Assembly: GCA_963845755.1 (NCBI GenBank)
Contig: CAWJTV010000013.1
Coordinates: forward strand, 128,001-192,000
DNA: 64,000 bases
Source: an uncultured Planctomycetota bacterium
GTDB lineage: Bacteria; Planctomycetota; Planctomycetia; Isosphaerales; Isosphaeraceae
Direction of reading: 5' to 3'
Shown: one piece after another, positions 9,857-20,215 of the stretch
Numbering within the stretch: the stretch's first letter is position 1
How the letters are laid out: every line of letters starts with the position of its first letter
Notes under the pieces: generated by a model
What the model was told of the DNA's origin: nothing
The model's database searches: none
The model's input: the letters and a program-made list of their open reading frames with translations, nothing else
Program-made: the position numbers and the translations under genes

Positions 9857-10459
9857 TTAGAGCGTTCCCTTGGTTGAGGGGACTCCAGGGCACCGGGGAT
9901 CCGCCTCGATCGCCGAGCGGAGGGCGCGGGCCGCCGCCTTGAAGATCGCCTCGCTGACGTGGTGCGTGTTGCGTCCGTGGTGCAGCAGGGCGTGGAAGTT
10001 CATCCGGCCGTGGTTGGCGACCGCCTGCCAGAAGTCGGCGACCAGCTCGCTGTCGAACGTGCCGATCTTGGGCGACGGCATCGTGACGTGCCATACCCAG
10101 TAGGGCCGACCGCCCAGGTCCACGGCGACGGTCACCAGCGTCTCATCCATCGGGAGCACCGCGTGGCCATACCGTCGGATACCCGCCCGATCGCCCAGCG
10201 CCCGATCGATCGCCTGGCCCAGGCAGATGCCCACGTCCTCGGTCGTGTGATGGTCGTCGACGTGCAGGTCCCCCGTACAGGCGACGGTCAGGTCCACGAG
10301 CGAATGCCGTGCGAACAGCTCGAGCATATGGTCGAGGAAGCCGACTCCCGTGCTCACCTCCGCCCGACCTTCCCCATCCAGCCGGAGGCTCAGGCGAATG
10401 TCGGTCTCTCGGGTCTTCCGCACGATCTCGGCGGAGCGTGCGGCCTGGTCATTAGTCAT
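9857..10459 (-). CDS. hisB: Imidazoleglycerol-phosphate dehydratase
   Basis: [25 protein letters not shown] and [20 protein letters not shown] motifs. Confidence 0.97.
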   Translation of the reverse strand: MTNDQAARSAEIVRKTRETDIRLSLRLDGEGRAEVSTGVGFLDHMLELFARHSLVDLTVACTGDLHVDDHHTTEDVGICLGQAIDRALGDRAGIRRYGHAVLPMDETLVTVAVDLGGRPYWVWHVTMPSPKIGTFDSELVADFWQAVANHGRMNFHALLHHGRNTHHVSEAIFKAAARALRSAIEADPRCPGVPSTKGTL

Positions 10460-10480
10460 TGGTCATCAGTCATTGGTTAT
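10447..10480. repeat. 7-bp tandem repeat (RGTCATY x about 4.5) across the hisC stop and hisB start
   Basis: ggtcatt agtcatt ggtcatc agtcatt ggttat; it encodes the HisB N-terminus MTNDQ. Confidence 0.7.
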
Positions 10481-11532
10481 GGGGTCGAGATTTGACGAAG
10501 CGCCACGAGGAAACGGTCGATCTCCTCATCCGTGCCGACGCTGATCCTCAGGCCCTCGGGATAGCCGGGATAGGCCATCAGCCGGACCAGGATCTTGCGG
10601 TCCTTGAGCCGCCTGGAAGGTCGCTCGCGCCGGCGGGCCGCCGGTCGCCCAGACGAAGTTCGACTGGCTGTCGGGCACCTCGTAGCCCAGGGCGCGCAAG
10701 GCGTCGGTGAGTCGTGCACGCGTCGCCAGGACCTTGGCTCGCGTCACCGCCAGGTACTCTTGATCCAGGAGCGCGGCCACCCCGGCGACCTGGCTGAGCC
10801 TGTTGCAGTTATACGAGTCCTTGACCTTGATCAGGTGCTCGACAATCTCCGCCCGAGCCACCAGGTAGCCCAGGCGGATGCCGGCCAGGCTGTACCCCTT
10901 GCTGAAGGATCGCGTGACGATCACGTTGGGGTGTTCCGCCAGCAGGGGGATGCTGTGGTATTCCGGATCGGCGAAATCGGCATAGGCTTCGTCGACCAGG
11001 AGCGGACAGTCGAGCGAGCCCGCCAGCTCGGCGACCTCCGCGCGGGATCGCGGTGCCTGAGGGGCTGTCCGGATTGGCCAGGTAGACCAGCTTGAGGCCG
11101 GGTACGGCCAGCGCGCCGCGGTCGAGCCTCCAGTCCCGGGAATAGGGCACCGTCACGGCGCGACCGTCCTGGAGCTGGATGAGCGTCGCGTAGAGCAGAT
11201 AGCTCGGCGACGCGAAGGCCGCCGGGTCGCCCGGCCCGATGAAAGAGCCGCGTCACGACCGTCAGGATGTCATCCGATCCGTTGCCGGCCAGGATCATCT
11301 CGGGTTCGACCCCGTGCAACTGGGCCGCGGCCCGACACAACTCGGTGCACATCGGGTCGGGATAGAGGCGGAGCCGGTCGGTGACCGCCTCCGCGATCGC
11401 CGCCTTGACCTGGGGCGAGGGAGGATAGGGATTCTCGTTGGTGTTCAGCTTGGTGAATCCGCCGTCGCGCGGCTGTTCGCCCGGCAGATAACCGGCCATC
11501 CGCGCGATGTTCGGACGAAAGAAGCGGCTCAT
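10477..11532 (-). CDS. hisC: Histidinol-phosphate aminotransferase (several indels)
   Basis: KLNTNENPYPP, AGNGSDD, ANPDSPSG, RSFSKGYSLAGIRLG and LRISVGT are spread over ORFs 10921-11565, 10809-11156, 10526-10924 and 10477-10719. Confidence 0.93.
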
Positions 11533-11565
11533 CCCGTTCGGGTCCTCTGGGGCCGTCGCGAACAA

Positions 11566-12120
11566 TCAGGATTCTTGGGCCAGGGCGGCGAGGTGGCGGA
11601 GCGGTTCGTCGTCGAGGCGGTAGACGGTCCACTCGTCCATGGGCCTGGCCCCCACCGCGCGGTAGAAGGCGATCGACGGGGCGTTCCAGTCGAGCACAGA
11701 CCACTCCAGCCGGCCGCAGCCGCGCTCCACGGCCAGCCGGGCGAGGAATGCCAGCAGGGCCTTGCCGATCCCTCGGCCGCGGAATTCCGGCCTCACGAAG
11801 AGATCCTCGAGGTACAGCCCGGGCTGGCCTCGGAACGTCGAGAAGTTGGAGAACCACAGGGCAAAGCCGGCCGGCTCCCCTTCGACCTCAGCGAGGGCGG
11901 CCTCGGCGGCGGGGCGCGGGCCGAAGAGGTGCCGGCGGAAGTCGTCGGGCGTCGCCTTCGCGTACGGTTCCAACTTCTCGTAGATCGCCAGCTCGCGGAC
12001 CAGGTTCACCAGGGTCTCCGCATCGTCGGGCCGGGCCGGCCGGATCGTGAACGAGGCGGTCCGGAAGCCGTTGAATCGCGATGGCGTCGATTCGGACCGC
12101 TCGTTCGGCGCGGAATTCAT
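11566..12120 (-). CDS. GNAT family N-acetyltransferase (diamine/SSAT-like)
   Basis: RELAIYEKL..FSTFRGQPGLYLEDLFVRPEFRGRGIGKALL..WSVLDWNAPSIAFY; ATG 12120 overlaps the hisD stop (ATGA). Confidence 0.9.
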   Translation of the reverse strand: MNSAPNERSESTPSRFNGFRTASFTIRPARPDDAETLVNLVRELAIYEKLEPYAKATPDDFRRHLFGPRPAAEAALAEVEGEPAGFALWFSNFSTFRGQPGLYLEDLFVRPEFRGRGIGKALLAFLARLAVERGCGRLEWSVLDWNAPSIAFYRAVGARPMDEWTVYRLDDEPLRHLAALAQES

Positions 12121-13491
12121 GACGGGCGTTCTCCTTCCAAGTCTCCCTCGACCCGGAGGTTGACACTCAGGCGGTGCGCAGTCGAGCCCTTCTTTGTCGG
12201 CGAGGAGGCGGATATCGGGCGCCAGCGCGGCGAGCCCGTCGCGCGACAGGGCGATCAGGCTCGACCGCTTGAGGAAGTCGTTCACCGAGAGCCCCGAGGC
12301 CCATCGGGCGATTCCACTGGTGGGGAGCACATGCGAGGGCCCAGCGGCGTAATCGCCCGCGGCGACCGGCGAAAAATGGCCCAGGAAGATCGCGCCGGCA
12401 TTGGTCAGCCGCGGAAGGAGCCGTTTTGGATCGAACGTCGAGACGTGCAGGTGTTCGGGCGCAATCCGATTCGAAAGCGTCACGGCCTCGGACTCGTCAC
12501 GGGTGAGGACCATCGCCCCGAACCGTTCGAGGCTGTCGTGCGCCAGGCTGCCCCGGCTCAGCCTCTTGAGCTGCTCCTCCAGGGCCACGACGACGCGATC
12601 GATCAGCGACGGCTCCCAGGTCAGGAGGATGCTGGCGCCCGGCGAATGTTCGGCCTGGCTGATCAGGTCCGCGGCGAGGAACCTGGGGATCGCGGTGGCG
12701 TCGGCGATCACGACGACCTCGCTCGGCCCGGCGATGCAGTCGATGTCAACCGTGCCATAGACGTGCCGCTTGGCCAGCGCAACGAAGAGGTTTCCCGGCC
12801 CGACGATCTTGTCCACGGGCTCGAGCCCGATCTCGCGGATCCCGTAGGCCAGGGCGGCGACGCCTTGCGCACCGCCGATCCGGTAGACCTCCGAAACGCC
12901 CAACGCCTGACAGGCGGCCAGGAGATCGACATTGTAGCCGCCGAATCGCGTGGGGGGGACGATAACGGCGATCTCGGCGACCCCCGCCGCCTGGGCCGGG
13001 ACGACCGTCATGAGCAAACTCGAGGGATAGGCCGCCGCCCCGCCGGGGATGCAGACCCCCACCCGTCGCAACGGCCGGTAGAGCATTCCCAGCTCGATCC
13101 CCGGCCCGCGGTCGAGCCGGACGTCGCCGTGCCGGATGGCCTCCTGATAAGCCAGGATGTTGCCACGGACCCGATCGATCGTCTCGAGAAAGGCGGGATC
13201 GGCCTGACGATGGGCGTCGGCCAGCTCGTCCGCCGAAACCCGGAGTTGGCCCGGCTCGAGCACGGCGCCGTCGAGGCTACGGCCGTAGTCGAGCACAGCG
13301 TCGAGCCCGCGCGCGGCGACGTCGTCGCAGATCCGCTCGACGACTTGCCGGGGCTCCAGGGCTTCGCCGAACGCCGCAATGGTTCGCGCACGCCCCTCGG
13401 GGCTCACCACGTTCCCCCGGGGACTCAACTCGGCGCGGAGCTCGGCGATCGCCCGCTCCGCGTCGTCACTGGCGCAGTCGATTCGTCGCAT
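12117..13491 (-). CDS. hisD: Histidinol dehydrogenase (one extra base near 12180)
   Basis: PGGAAAYPSS, GGAQGVAALAYG, KIVGPGN, IDCIAGPSE, SQAEH, APEHL, GDYAAGPSHVLPT. The corrected C-terminus reads EGLTAHRLSVNLR..PS*. Confidence 0.95.
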
Positions 13492-13612
13492 TCTCAGCGC
13501 CACTCTTGGCTCCCCGACTTCTCCAGGTGAGGCACGATGCACGATCTCAGGCCGGATGTCTCGATCGCCTCACCATGGGGTTAGACACGCGTGGGGAACC
13601 CTCCGGCTCTTT

Positions 13613-13677
13613 GTCGGGTGCTCGCTGAGCACCGGAGAGGGCCTGACGCGGGGATCGGTGCTCACAGAGCACCCGAC
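13613..13677. repeat. Inverted REP-like doublet
   Basis: GTCGGGTGCTCGCTGAGCACCG (13613-13634) and its near reverse complement CGGTGCTCACAGAGCACCCGAC (13656-13677); each unit is itself a hairpin. Confidence 0.7.
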
Positions 13678-13870
13678 GCGCCCGTGTGAAACCCGACCGT
13701 GAGGCGCTCTACCAATACCGTGCAACACGGTTCGGCCGCAATGCCGAAGCCCGGCATCCCCTTGCGGATCCGCACCGTCATGGACCAGGCCACCGGCAAT
13801 CCGATCCGCACGATCAAATACCGGACGATGGCGATCTGAGCATCCGGACGAGCGTGGCCTCGCCTCTCTC

Positions 13871-14512
13871 TCATCCATCCATGTCGTAGGCGAACCGGAG
13901 CCAGTACTTGACCTCCGCGTCGATGTCGGTCGGTGAGGTGATCGCGATCCGGTGGGTGATCCGGTCCTTCTTGGCCAGGCCCCCGGTGTCGATGAGCCGT
14001 TCGGGCACCGGCGTATCCTTCAGAGACAGGCCCAGGTCGATGCGCATGTTGGTCGTCGGCTTGATCTGGGCGAAGACGTGTCGGCGATAGAGCGGGACGA
14101 TCGTCTGGCACGGGCAGACCTTCACGTCGTCACCCAGGGCCCTGCCCAGCTTCAGCAGCGTGTCGTAGATCGGCCGCAGGGCGGCCCGCTTGCCGGAGAA
14201 CATCGCGGAGACATAGCCCTCGGCGGCCTCCAGGTAGGCGACCGGATCGCCGTCTTCGCGGCCACGGCCCGAAACCCGATCCACGATCCACCAGGCCGAG
14301 TTCGTCCCCAGGCCATGATGCGCCTTGAGCCAATCCCGCCGCTCTTCGTCCGAGGCCGGCCCGTCCTCTTCCACCAGCCGAATCCACTCATCCAGCGAGC
14401 GGCCCGTCTTCTCCGGGAGACTCACCAGCCACGACTGCACCATCACCACACCAGGATGGACGCTGTAAATCGATCGCGCTTGCACCTTGACCTTCGCCCG
14501 TGTCATGATCAA
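13871..14512 (-). CDS. DUF4287/DUF5655 domain protein
   Basis: LPEKTGRSLDEW..WLKAHHGLG..LRPIYD..VPLYRRHVFAQI..RIDLGL..RITHRI. Confidence 0.8.
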   Translation of the reverse strand: MIMTRAKVKVQARSIYSVHPGVVMVQSWLVSLPEKTGRSLDEWIRLVEEDGPASDEERRDWLKAHHGLGTNSAWWIVDRVSGRGREDGDPVAYLEAAEGYVSAMFSGKRAALRPIYDTLLKLGRALGDDVKVCPCQTIVPLYRRHVFAQIKPTTNMRIDLGLSLKDTPVPERLIDTGGLAKKDRITHRIAITSPTDIDAEVKYWLRFAYDMDG

Positions 14513-14689
14513 CCCTCGCCCGGTAACAATTGTTCCATGGTCTTACTATACCTGCGAGCTCGTTTTGTTGCGAGAGCGAGGCGGGGTTCGGATACCCGTC
14601 CAGGCGGGGAGAGCGATCGGTCGGCCGCCCACTGTCGGGCGCGTCGGGCTGGCGTGACGACCGGGAACCGGGCGATCACCCGAAAGCCG

Positions 14690-16545
14690 TCATGGAGTGC
14701 GCGGAGGCGTTGGGCCTTGGGCGGCCATGTCCGGACCGGGCGTGGGGTTCGAGGTCGTCTCCAGTCGATCGAGCCGCTGTTCGAGGCGGTCCATCCGCTC
14801 GACGAACGCCTGGGGCAGGGTGTGCCGCAGTTCATGGATCGAGACCGCCGGATTCGGGGTCCGGCGGGTCGGGCGATCCGAGTGTGAGGGGTAAGTCGTC
14901 GCGGGCTCCGGGGCCGGTGGACGCGAGGGAGGTGAGGCCGCCGGGACGGGTTCCGGCGGCGCCGGCGCCGGTTCTGCAGGAGCGGCCCGCGAGGCGGTGG
15001 GCGTCACGGGCACGTTCGCTCGCGGTGTTGCGGAGACGGTGACCGTCGGCGACCGTGCGGGACTGGGACCCCCCGGCGTCGCGTCCGGCCGACTGGCCGT
15101 GTGCAGGGAGACTTCGATCCGCACGCGTGCCCGGCCATCACCGCGGACGATGCTCAGGATGATGGTGATCTGCGCGGGGAGTCGATCCAGCCGGTCGATC
15201 AGTTCGTGGTGCGACCGGATTGCCTGGCCGTCGAGCGCGATGATGCGATCGCCGGGACGGAGGCCGGCCGTCGCCGCGGGCGTACCGGTCAGGACCTCGC
15301 TCACCCGGGCGCCGTCCCCCGCGGCGGTCGGCGCCGGCATCGTGCCGGCTTCGCCCGGACCCGTCGGCGCCGTGGCCGGCTCGACCGGCGGCGCGAGCGG
15401 ACCCACGGCGTGCAGCAGGGTCAACTCGATCCGGACTCCCAGGTAGGCGCGGTCGACGTACCCGTGGGTCCGTAGCTGGTCCGCGACCCAGAGCGCATCG
15501 CGGGTCGGGATGGCGAAGCCGAAGTCGGTATCGCGGTCGTCGTCGGGATCGACCCCGTCGGCTCGCGCCGCCGGGGCGGGTTCGGCGTCGGCGTCGGGGC
15601 CTGAGCCCGGAATCGCCAGCCCGCCGCGGATCAGCCCAAGCCAGGCGCCGCGAACATCGACGACCGCCGCGCCGCTGTCCCCGGGATAGAGCGGCGCCTG
15701 GACCTGGATCAGTCCGCCCAGTTGGCGAGTGCCCAGCTCGAGCGCGATCCAGGCCAGCGACATGCCCCCGGCTCACGGAATGACCCATGCCGAACGGGCT
15801 GCCCACCACGAACACCTGGCAACCCAGCTTCGGACCGCTGGCCGCGGACGAGATCGGCCGCATGGCGCGCGGTGAGACTTGCAGCAGTGTCAACCCCGTC
15901 TCGGGGTCGGCCGCGACCCATCGGGCCGCATGACGGCGGCCCAGGAAGTCACGCGCGACGATCGGCGCCAGGTTCTTCCGTGTCCCCGGCGCCGGTCGCG
16001 TGGGAGGTGGATCAATTCGAACCGAAAGGATCTCACCTCCATTATTGATCACCACGCCGGTCGCCACCCGCCGCGTATCGGCCGGTGCATCCGACGCAGT
16101 GTATTCCAGTGCCACAACCGACTCGCGCCCGCGCCACCGCCGCGGCGATCCGCTGTTCCAGGCGATCCCAGGCCGCGAGCAAGTCGTCGGGATGCGACGC
16201 GGCGCCATGGCCATCGCGATCGCCGGCGCCGACGGGATGCCCCGCCTGGCTCCCGGGCGGCCGGTGCGGCTCATTACCAGGACTCGCTCCCTCGGTTGTC
16301 TCATCCGGTTGCCGCGCTCCCGCGGCCGAGGTCGGTGATTCCCCGCCGTCACGAGGTCCCGCCGGATCCATCGCCGCGACCGCCACGGGCGGCCGGCGCC
16401 CGGCCGAACCTCGTCCCCACAGGCCAATCCGCGGTCCCACCAACCCGGCGGCCAGCACCCCGCCGGCCAGCACCAGCGCGGCTCCGCCGGCCAGCCAGGC
16501 CGCCGGCGTTTTCGACCTCGGATGATGGAGTAAGGGCAAACTCAT
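14690..16545 (-). CDS. HtrA/trypsin-like (S1C) protein with PDZ domain, probably catalytically degenerate (indels near 16150 and 15740)
   Basis: N-terminal TM segment; ATGVVI..ADPETGLTLL..VFVVGSPFGMGHSVSRGHV..IQVQAPLYPGDSG..FGFAIP..AYLGV; PDZ segment VLTGTPAATAGLRPGDRII. Confidence 0.8.
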
Positions 16546-16687
16546 CGGATTCCCTGTCAGTCCTCGTCAGCGGGCAGGCAACATGGACGAGGAGCGCACG
16601 CCGGTAGTTACTGCGTATTCAGCGGATCGTGAAAAAGACCCCTCCGATATTTCACTGCGTACACACTCCTGCCGACTACCTACTATT

Positions 16688-17584
16688 CTAATACACCGGT
16701 TTGGCATCGCGTGCGTGGGGCGGCATGGGGGTCCCATGCTCCAGGTCATAATTCCAGCGGGACGGCGACGGGGGTGGAGCGGGAGCCGGAGCCGCGGTCA
16801 CCGTCGCGGTGACGGTCTTGGAGGCCGGCGCCGATTCCGTGGTCGGAGTCTCAGGCACCGGGATCGGGTCGGTCTGCGTCAGCTCGCTGGGAGAAGGATC
16901 GGCATCGTCCGCGGAGTTTGTCAGCGCCGGAGTCTCCGCCTCGACCGGGATCGGCGGCTTGACCGCGCCGGCCAGAGGCTGGGTATTGGCGCTGATGATG
17001 GACTGGGCGGATCCCTGCTGGCGATGCGCCTCCGGCAGGCCGATCGTCAGCACCAGGACGGCCGCAGCCACTCCGGTCCCGATGATCCCGGCCGATCTTC
17101 GCATCCAATGCCGTCGCACCTCCCGGCCGCGAGCCCTCGGCTCGCCCAGACCGGTGCCCTTCAGCGCCTCCCCCAGACTGTCGCTCATCCACGCGATGCG
17201 TAGGGCGCGTTCGCCCTGGAAATCGACCCAGGCTCGCAAACCGCGCTCGCTGATTCCATGCACGGGACGAAGCCATCGCGGACGATTGCGTGCCTGGTGG
17301 GCCATCATCCGTCGATCCAGAGCGGGCCAGAGCGAAGGCCCCTCCGACGCGGACGGCAAGGAACTGGCGACAAGGCTGAGGGTCTCCAGAGCCCGCTCCA
17401 AACCGGCCCGGTGGTGCGCGCAGCACGGGCAGGATCCCAGGTGCCCCTCGATGGATCGTCGGTCTTCGGGGCTGAGATCGCCCGCTTCGTCGTTTGGCTC
17501 GATTAGGTCATCGCGCACGCCAACCCAGAGAGGCAGGTGTACACGGACCCATTCACACTCGGGATTGCCCATCGTCGTGCCCAT
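16688..17584 (-). CDS. Zinc-binding (zf-HC2) transmembrane anti-sigma factor
   Basis: CEWVRVHLPLWV..HLGSCPCC (HxxxCxxC) and a TM segment IIGTGVAAAVLVLTIGL; overlaps the ECF sigma stop. Confidence 0.8.
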   Translation of the reverse strand: MGTTMGNPECEWVRVHLPLWVGVRDDLIEPNDEAGDLSPEDRRSIEGHLGSCPCCAHHRAGLERALETLSLVASSLPSASEGPSLWPALDRRMMAHQARNRPRWLRPVHGISERGLRAWVDFQGERALRIAWMSDSLGEALKGTGLGEPRARGREVRRHWMRRSAGIIGTGVAAAVLVLTIGLPEAHRQQGSAQSIISANTQPLAGAVKPPIPVEAETPALTNSADDADPSPSELTQTDPIPVPETPTTESAPASKTVTATVTAAPAPAPPPSPSRWNYDLEHGTPMPPHARDAKPVY

Positions 17585-18326
17585 GGGTTGGTTTGCCCTC
17601 CTTGGCTCCGGCGTGAGCGCCATCCTGTCGGCGCTGCCAGATCTCGCGGAATTTGTCACGGGCCTTCGCCAGCCGCCATCGTACTGTCGCCTCTCGACGC
17701 CCCACGATCGCCGCGACCTCGGACGTCGAGAACCCCTCCAGATCGCGGAGGACCAGCATGGTCCGATAGCTGACCGGCATCTGACTGAGAATGAACTGAA
17801 CTTCTTGTGCTAGTTCGGTTTGAATCCTGGGATCGGGGTCTGGCAGCTCGAAAGTCGCCTGCCCGTCCGCATCGGTCCGGTTGATCGAGGCGGCTGGCGG
17901 TGGATCGGTCCGAGCGCTGCGGAGCCAGTCCAGACCCAGGTTGACTCCGACCCGAAAGAGCCAGGGACCAAACCGCCTGGCGGTATCAAACCGATCGAGG
18001 CGGGTATAGACGCGCCAAAAGGTTTCTTGGGCCAGGTCGCGGGCCTGCTCAGGCTCGCGGACCAGCCGCATGAGTACGCGGATCAATTTCCGCTCATAAC
18101 GCCGCACCAGGACGGCGAACGCCTGATGATCACCGTGCCGGGCGTGCTCGACCAGCCATGCGTCGTTGAGGTGTTGCTCGTCGCCACCACCGTCCGGGTC
18201 CGACGCCCCGAAGGTCCCTTCGGCGCGGGGCGAACGAGCCCCCGCTCCTGAGACCGGGGTTCGTGAATCCCTCAACGCCTCGGTCCTGGCCCCTGGCTCG
18301 TGCCCGGGCTTGGCCGGCTCCCGCAT
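17553..18326 (-). CDS. ECF RNA polymerase sigma factor (RpoE/SigW-like)
   Basis: GDHQAFAVLVRRY..ARDLAQETF..FGPWLFRV..LRDLEGFSTSEVA..TVRWRL; GGAGG RBS. Confidence 0.93.
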   Translation of the reverse strand: MREPAKPGHEPGARTEALRDSRTPVSGAGARSPRAEGTFGASDPDGGGDEQHLNDAWLVEHARHGDHQAFAVLVRRYERKLIRVLMRLVREPEQARDLAQETFWRVYTRLDRFDTARRFGPWLFRVGVNLGLDWLRSARTDPPPAASINRTDADGQATFELPDPDPRIQTELAQEVQFILSQMPVSYRTMLVLRDLEGFSTSEVAAIVGRREATVRWRLAKARDKFREIWQRRQDGAHAGAKEGKPTHGHDDGQSRV

Positions 18327-18835
18327 CGTGCGACCTCCTCAACGCTCTTTATGATACGATGAAGAGCTGCCCGCGCGCTGGATTTTTTTCCAGCATGTTC
18401 TTCCGGAACAACGGCGACACACGAGCACATCCCGGCGGCCCGGGTCGAGAGTCCGACGTCGGTCCCTTCGCCTTAATCCGCTGCCGGCCTTCACTTTCCA
18501 AGTCGATGTGAGAGAGAACAGCGGGCGGAAAGGGAGTTGAGAACGTGTCAACTTTGTTGACGATAACGGGTGTACGCCGGGACGGGAAAGGCAAATTCTC
18601 GGAGCGGCCTGCTGAGATGGGCGCGGATGTTCCCATGCTCGTCCTCGGAAAAACCTGGCCTGGCAAAGCCCGATGGAGTGTCAACCAATTCAGGCCTGCC
18701 ACCATGGGGAAAAACCGCCGGGGATAGGCCAAGGCGCCCGCCCGCCTTATCATCGAGGGCTCTGGTGTCGGTCCGGGGGATCGTGACTCGTCGTGACCGA
18801 CCGATCCGATCCGATTCGCGTGTGGGGTCTGGGCG

Positions 18836-19876
18836 GTGATGAGGGAATTCGGTCCGCGGGTGATGCCGTGTCCGGAGGAAGCGCGCGGGTCTGCGCTGGC
18901 GGTGCTCTATCGCCGGGTGCCGTCGTCGCTGCGCGATCCGCTGATCGCCGGCGTGCTCGACGAGGCGAGCCGGGGTGAGGTCAACCTCTCGGGGCTGTGG
19001 GTGGCTCGCGCGGGATCGGGTCGGATCCTCGGCGCGATGTTGACGCAGTCGTTGGCCGGCAAGGCGGCGGCGGTCTGGGCGCCCGAGGTGAGGTCGTTGT
19101 GGCGGCGATCGGCACTGGCCGCCGCGCTGGTGGAGGCCGCCCTGACCGACCTGTCAACGCGAGGGTTCCGGCTGGCGCAGGCGGTGCTCGACGAGTCGGC
19201 CGGGCCACAAGCAGGCCTCGACCTGATCCGCGGCGGCATGCCCCGCGTCACCGAGCTGCTCTACATGGAAAGGGACACGGCCACCCCGCTGCCTCCGCCG
19301 GAGGTGCCGGTGGGGCGCAGGTCGGTCAACCCCGCCCAGAGCCGGACCGAAGGTCGTCCACCCCAACTCGATCCCGGCCCGGACTTCGAATGGCGGCCGT
19401 TCGAACCGGCGATCGAGGAGGAGTTCCGCGCGGTCTTGCTGGCAACGTACGCGGACAGCCTGGACATGCCCGAACTGGAGGGCGCACGGGGGCTCGACGA
19501 CATTCTGGAAGGACACCGTGCCGCAGGGCTGTTCGTGCCCCACCGCTGGCAAGTGGGGCGGATCCCCGGCGAGCCCGACGCGGCCGCCGTGCTCCTGATG
19601 GCCGAGGCGCCCGGCCGCGACGCTTGGGAAGTGATCTACCTGGGCCTGAGCCCCGCTGCTCGCAGACGCGGCCTGGGACGCGTCGTGCTCGGCCACGCGC
19701 TGGAGCTGGCCCGGGCCCACACCCCTCGGCTTGAGCTGGCCGTCAACCTCCGCAACACCCCCGCCGTCCGCCTCTACCGCGCCACCGGATTCACCATCCG
19801 CGACCGCCGCACGGTCCATCTGGCCATCCTCGGCACCCCAAGCGCGGCCGCGCCCGTGGCCCCCGCCCAGCCCTGA
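18836..19876 (+). CDS. GNAT family N-acetyltransferase (tandem GNAT-like)
   Basis: WEVIYLGLSPAARRRGLGR..LAVNLRNTPAVRLYRATGF. Confidence 0.8.
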   Translation: MMREFGPRVMPCPEEARGSALAVLYRRVPSSLRDPLIAGVLDEASRGEVNLSGLWVARAGSGRILGAMLTQSLAGKAAAVWAPEVRSLWRRSALAAALVEAALTDLSTRGFRLAQAVLDESAGPQAGLDLIRGGMPRVTELLYMERDTATPLPPPEVPVGRRSVNPAQSRTEGRPPQLDPGPDFEWRPFEPAIEEEFRAVLLATYADSLDMPELEGARGLDDILEGHRAAGLFVPHRWQVGRIPGEPDAAAVLLMAEAPGRDAWEVIYLGLSPAARRRGLGRVVLGHALELARAHTPRLELAVNLRNTPAVRLYRATGFTIRDRRTVHLAILGTPSAAAPVAPAQP

Positions 19877-20215
19877 ATCCGTGGCGAGCTCGCCTTTGCG
19901 CTCACCGGTCGATTTGCCGCGCCTCGATTGACGTTCTAGTCTGCGCTGGGAGTCGTCCGCCGGACACTTCCCCTCAAAACGGGGTCGATCATCGCAGCGC
20001 CCTGCCATCCGGAGGCAGGCCGGGAATCCCCGTGCCGGCCCGCCCCACGGACTGGCCGCTCCAACCGACCGGACGCGCGGACTCCCCCCTCGTGCTGGCC
20101 TCGGCGGATCGACAGAGGGATTTGAGGTTCACGATGGTGCCTCCGAGACATTCATCGGCTCGACGAGAATGACGCTCGGCTTCTTCATCGGGGCTCGCCT
20201 GGAAGGGATTCAGCC

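Noticed and set aside
11239..13530. 763-aa plus-strand ORF (likewise 27720-30020, 32323-33927, 37238-38548, 8102-9151, 59454-60716, 62297-63217)
   Set aside because: These are antisense shadows of well-supported genes, expected in high-GC DNA, and contain no motifs.
11566..13542. Apparent 658-aa HisD-GNAT fusion
   Set aside because: One extra base near 12180 removes the conserved HisD end (EGLxAH..SV..R). The corrected frame stops at 12117 with an ATGA overlap, so these are two genes.
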